The position numbers were made by a program, and so were the translations under genes. Under the pieces are notes generated by a model. The model ran no database searches, was not told the DNA's origin, and worked only from the letters and a program-made list of their open reading frames with translations. A DNA stretch of 64,000 nucleotides, taken from positions 248,001-312,000 of the forward strand of contig JAMWBK010000004.1 in the NCBI GenBank assembly GCA_029953675.1, in the 5' to 3' direction. This document shows positions 62,902 through 64,000 of the stretch, in pieces. Source of the stretch: Rhodosorus marinus CCMP1338. Taxonomy: Eukaryota > Plantae > Rhodophyta. The stretch's first letter is position 1, and each line of letters opens with the position of its first letter.

Positions 62902-64000
62902 GAAAAAGGACCTTTCGTTGAGGTGGATCAGATCAGTGTTCAAAAGTCGATGTTTAAGATCATCGAATATCAAAATATCGGTCTGAACGGTAAAAAACAT
63001 GTAAGTATGGAGCTCTAATGTGACAAGATCTGACCTGCTCAGATGCGTCCACGCCCAAAATAGATAGACAGCACCATCACGTTGTCTGGGATAACCATTC
63101 TTGAAGAAATAGCGTAATGAAGTCTTAAGTTTTGATACGTCATCATCCAATTCTGGTCACGAGCTCATAACATAAAAGAAAAAACGATATTTTGGAAGCG
63201 GTAAAGTGGAGATTAGATCAAATCTGGTCAAAAAAGCATATTATAGAACTCCCCTGGATGTTGCTTTACGTTTCGTCTAGTTAATTATTGGGTATGGAAA
63301 ACGGATCTATGACGATGTAGATTGATATTTTGAGTCCAAGTCCACGTAAAATTTACAAAATATATGTACTATACCGCATAAATGTGATTCGACTGAAACT
63401 CGAAAATAATATCCGGACAAAATTATTAATCTGACAACGTATATTGTATATACAGTAATGAATTTTTAATAATACATTACTAATATTGTGTTAATGGTTT
63501 CAAGCCCTAAATATTAGGAATATTGAACCTATTTACAATAATAATATTGGATTTTAGGGTAAAACAGGCATAAAGTTTTAAAAAATATATATTGCACTGT
63601 TTATATCAATGAAGGGATACTTCGAGGAGTTGAGCGAGGGTCTTGGCCTTGAGACTTGGTTTCTGAGGCAGAAACGCTGGTTGTATTCGACGATGAAGAT
63701 GAGGTTCCTGTCGTTGGAAACATCTGGGTAATTTTTTCGTCTTGTTCAGACAGAGAGAGAGAGCAGAGATACTCTCTTTCTCGTGACGGTTAACTTGGAA
63801 TTAGGAATCTTTCTCGGGCACCGCCCCCTCCCCCCTCCTTCAAGTGTGAAACCTTGTTCGGATCCTCTTCGTCTGTGCGAAATGACGTTTTTAGAGCCGT
63901 TTTGAGGCGGGTCGTAAAATGGCGCTGGAGGCATTGGAGTTTCATGGGAACTTTGGGGAAGGAGGGGGAGGGGGTATATTGAGTAGATGGTAGGAATTTT

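Noticed and set aside
63600-63960. Possible small gene at the window end
   Set aside because: No consistent exon model or recognisable product.

Overview
Gene-dense eukaryotic nuclear DNA with short GT-AG introns (mostly ~50-100 nt, a few ~200 nt) and AT-rich promoters. The host has a plastid: OTC has a transit-peptide-like leader and there is a Tat-signal thylakoid lumen protein. Phe-containing plastid leaders plus compactness suggest a unicellular red alga (inference). About 20 housekeeping genes can be reconstructed by eye: NFU1, glucosidase II alpha, WDR70, V-ATPase d, DUF547, NUB1, SmE, UCH37, OTC, NOSIP, a 2-hydroxyacid dehydrogenase, TFIIS, a short TPR/NUA-like protein, Costars/ABRACL, sideroflexin, OSCP1, SF3B1, a uL18-like protein, TL15B-like TPM protein, NDUFAF5 and a Nei glycosylase. 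Non-routine structure: (1) a Val-nucleophile Nei glycosylase fused to three SAP domains; (2) a near-identical 3.27-kb tandem duplication creating an OSCP1/SF3B1 chimera, where the full SF3B1 copy has a 1-bp frameshift that the fragment copy lacks; (3) a copia LTR-PBS-gag fragment folded into a 1.4-kb inverted repeat with a nested non-LTR insertion; (4) two short TSD-flanked non-LTR insertions 46 kb apart sharing only their terminal 21 nt; (5) a cilium-associated gene (OSCP1) in a probably non-flagellated host; (6) several degenerate intergenic tandem arrays. No tRNA, rRNA or CRISPR array was seen.
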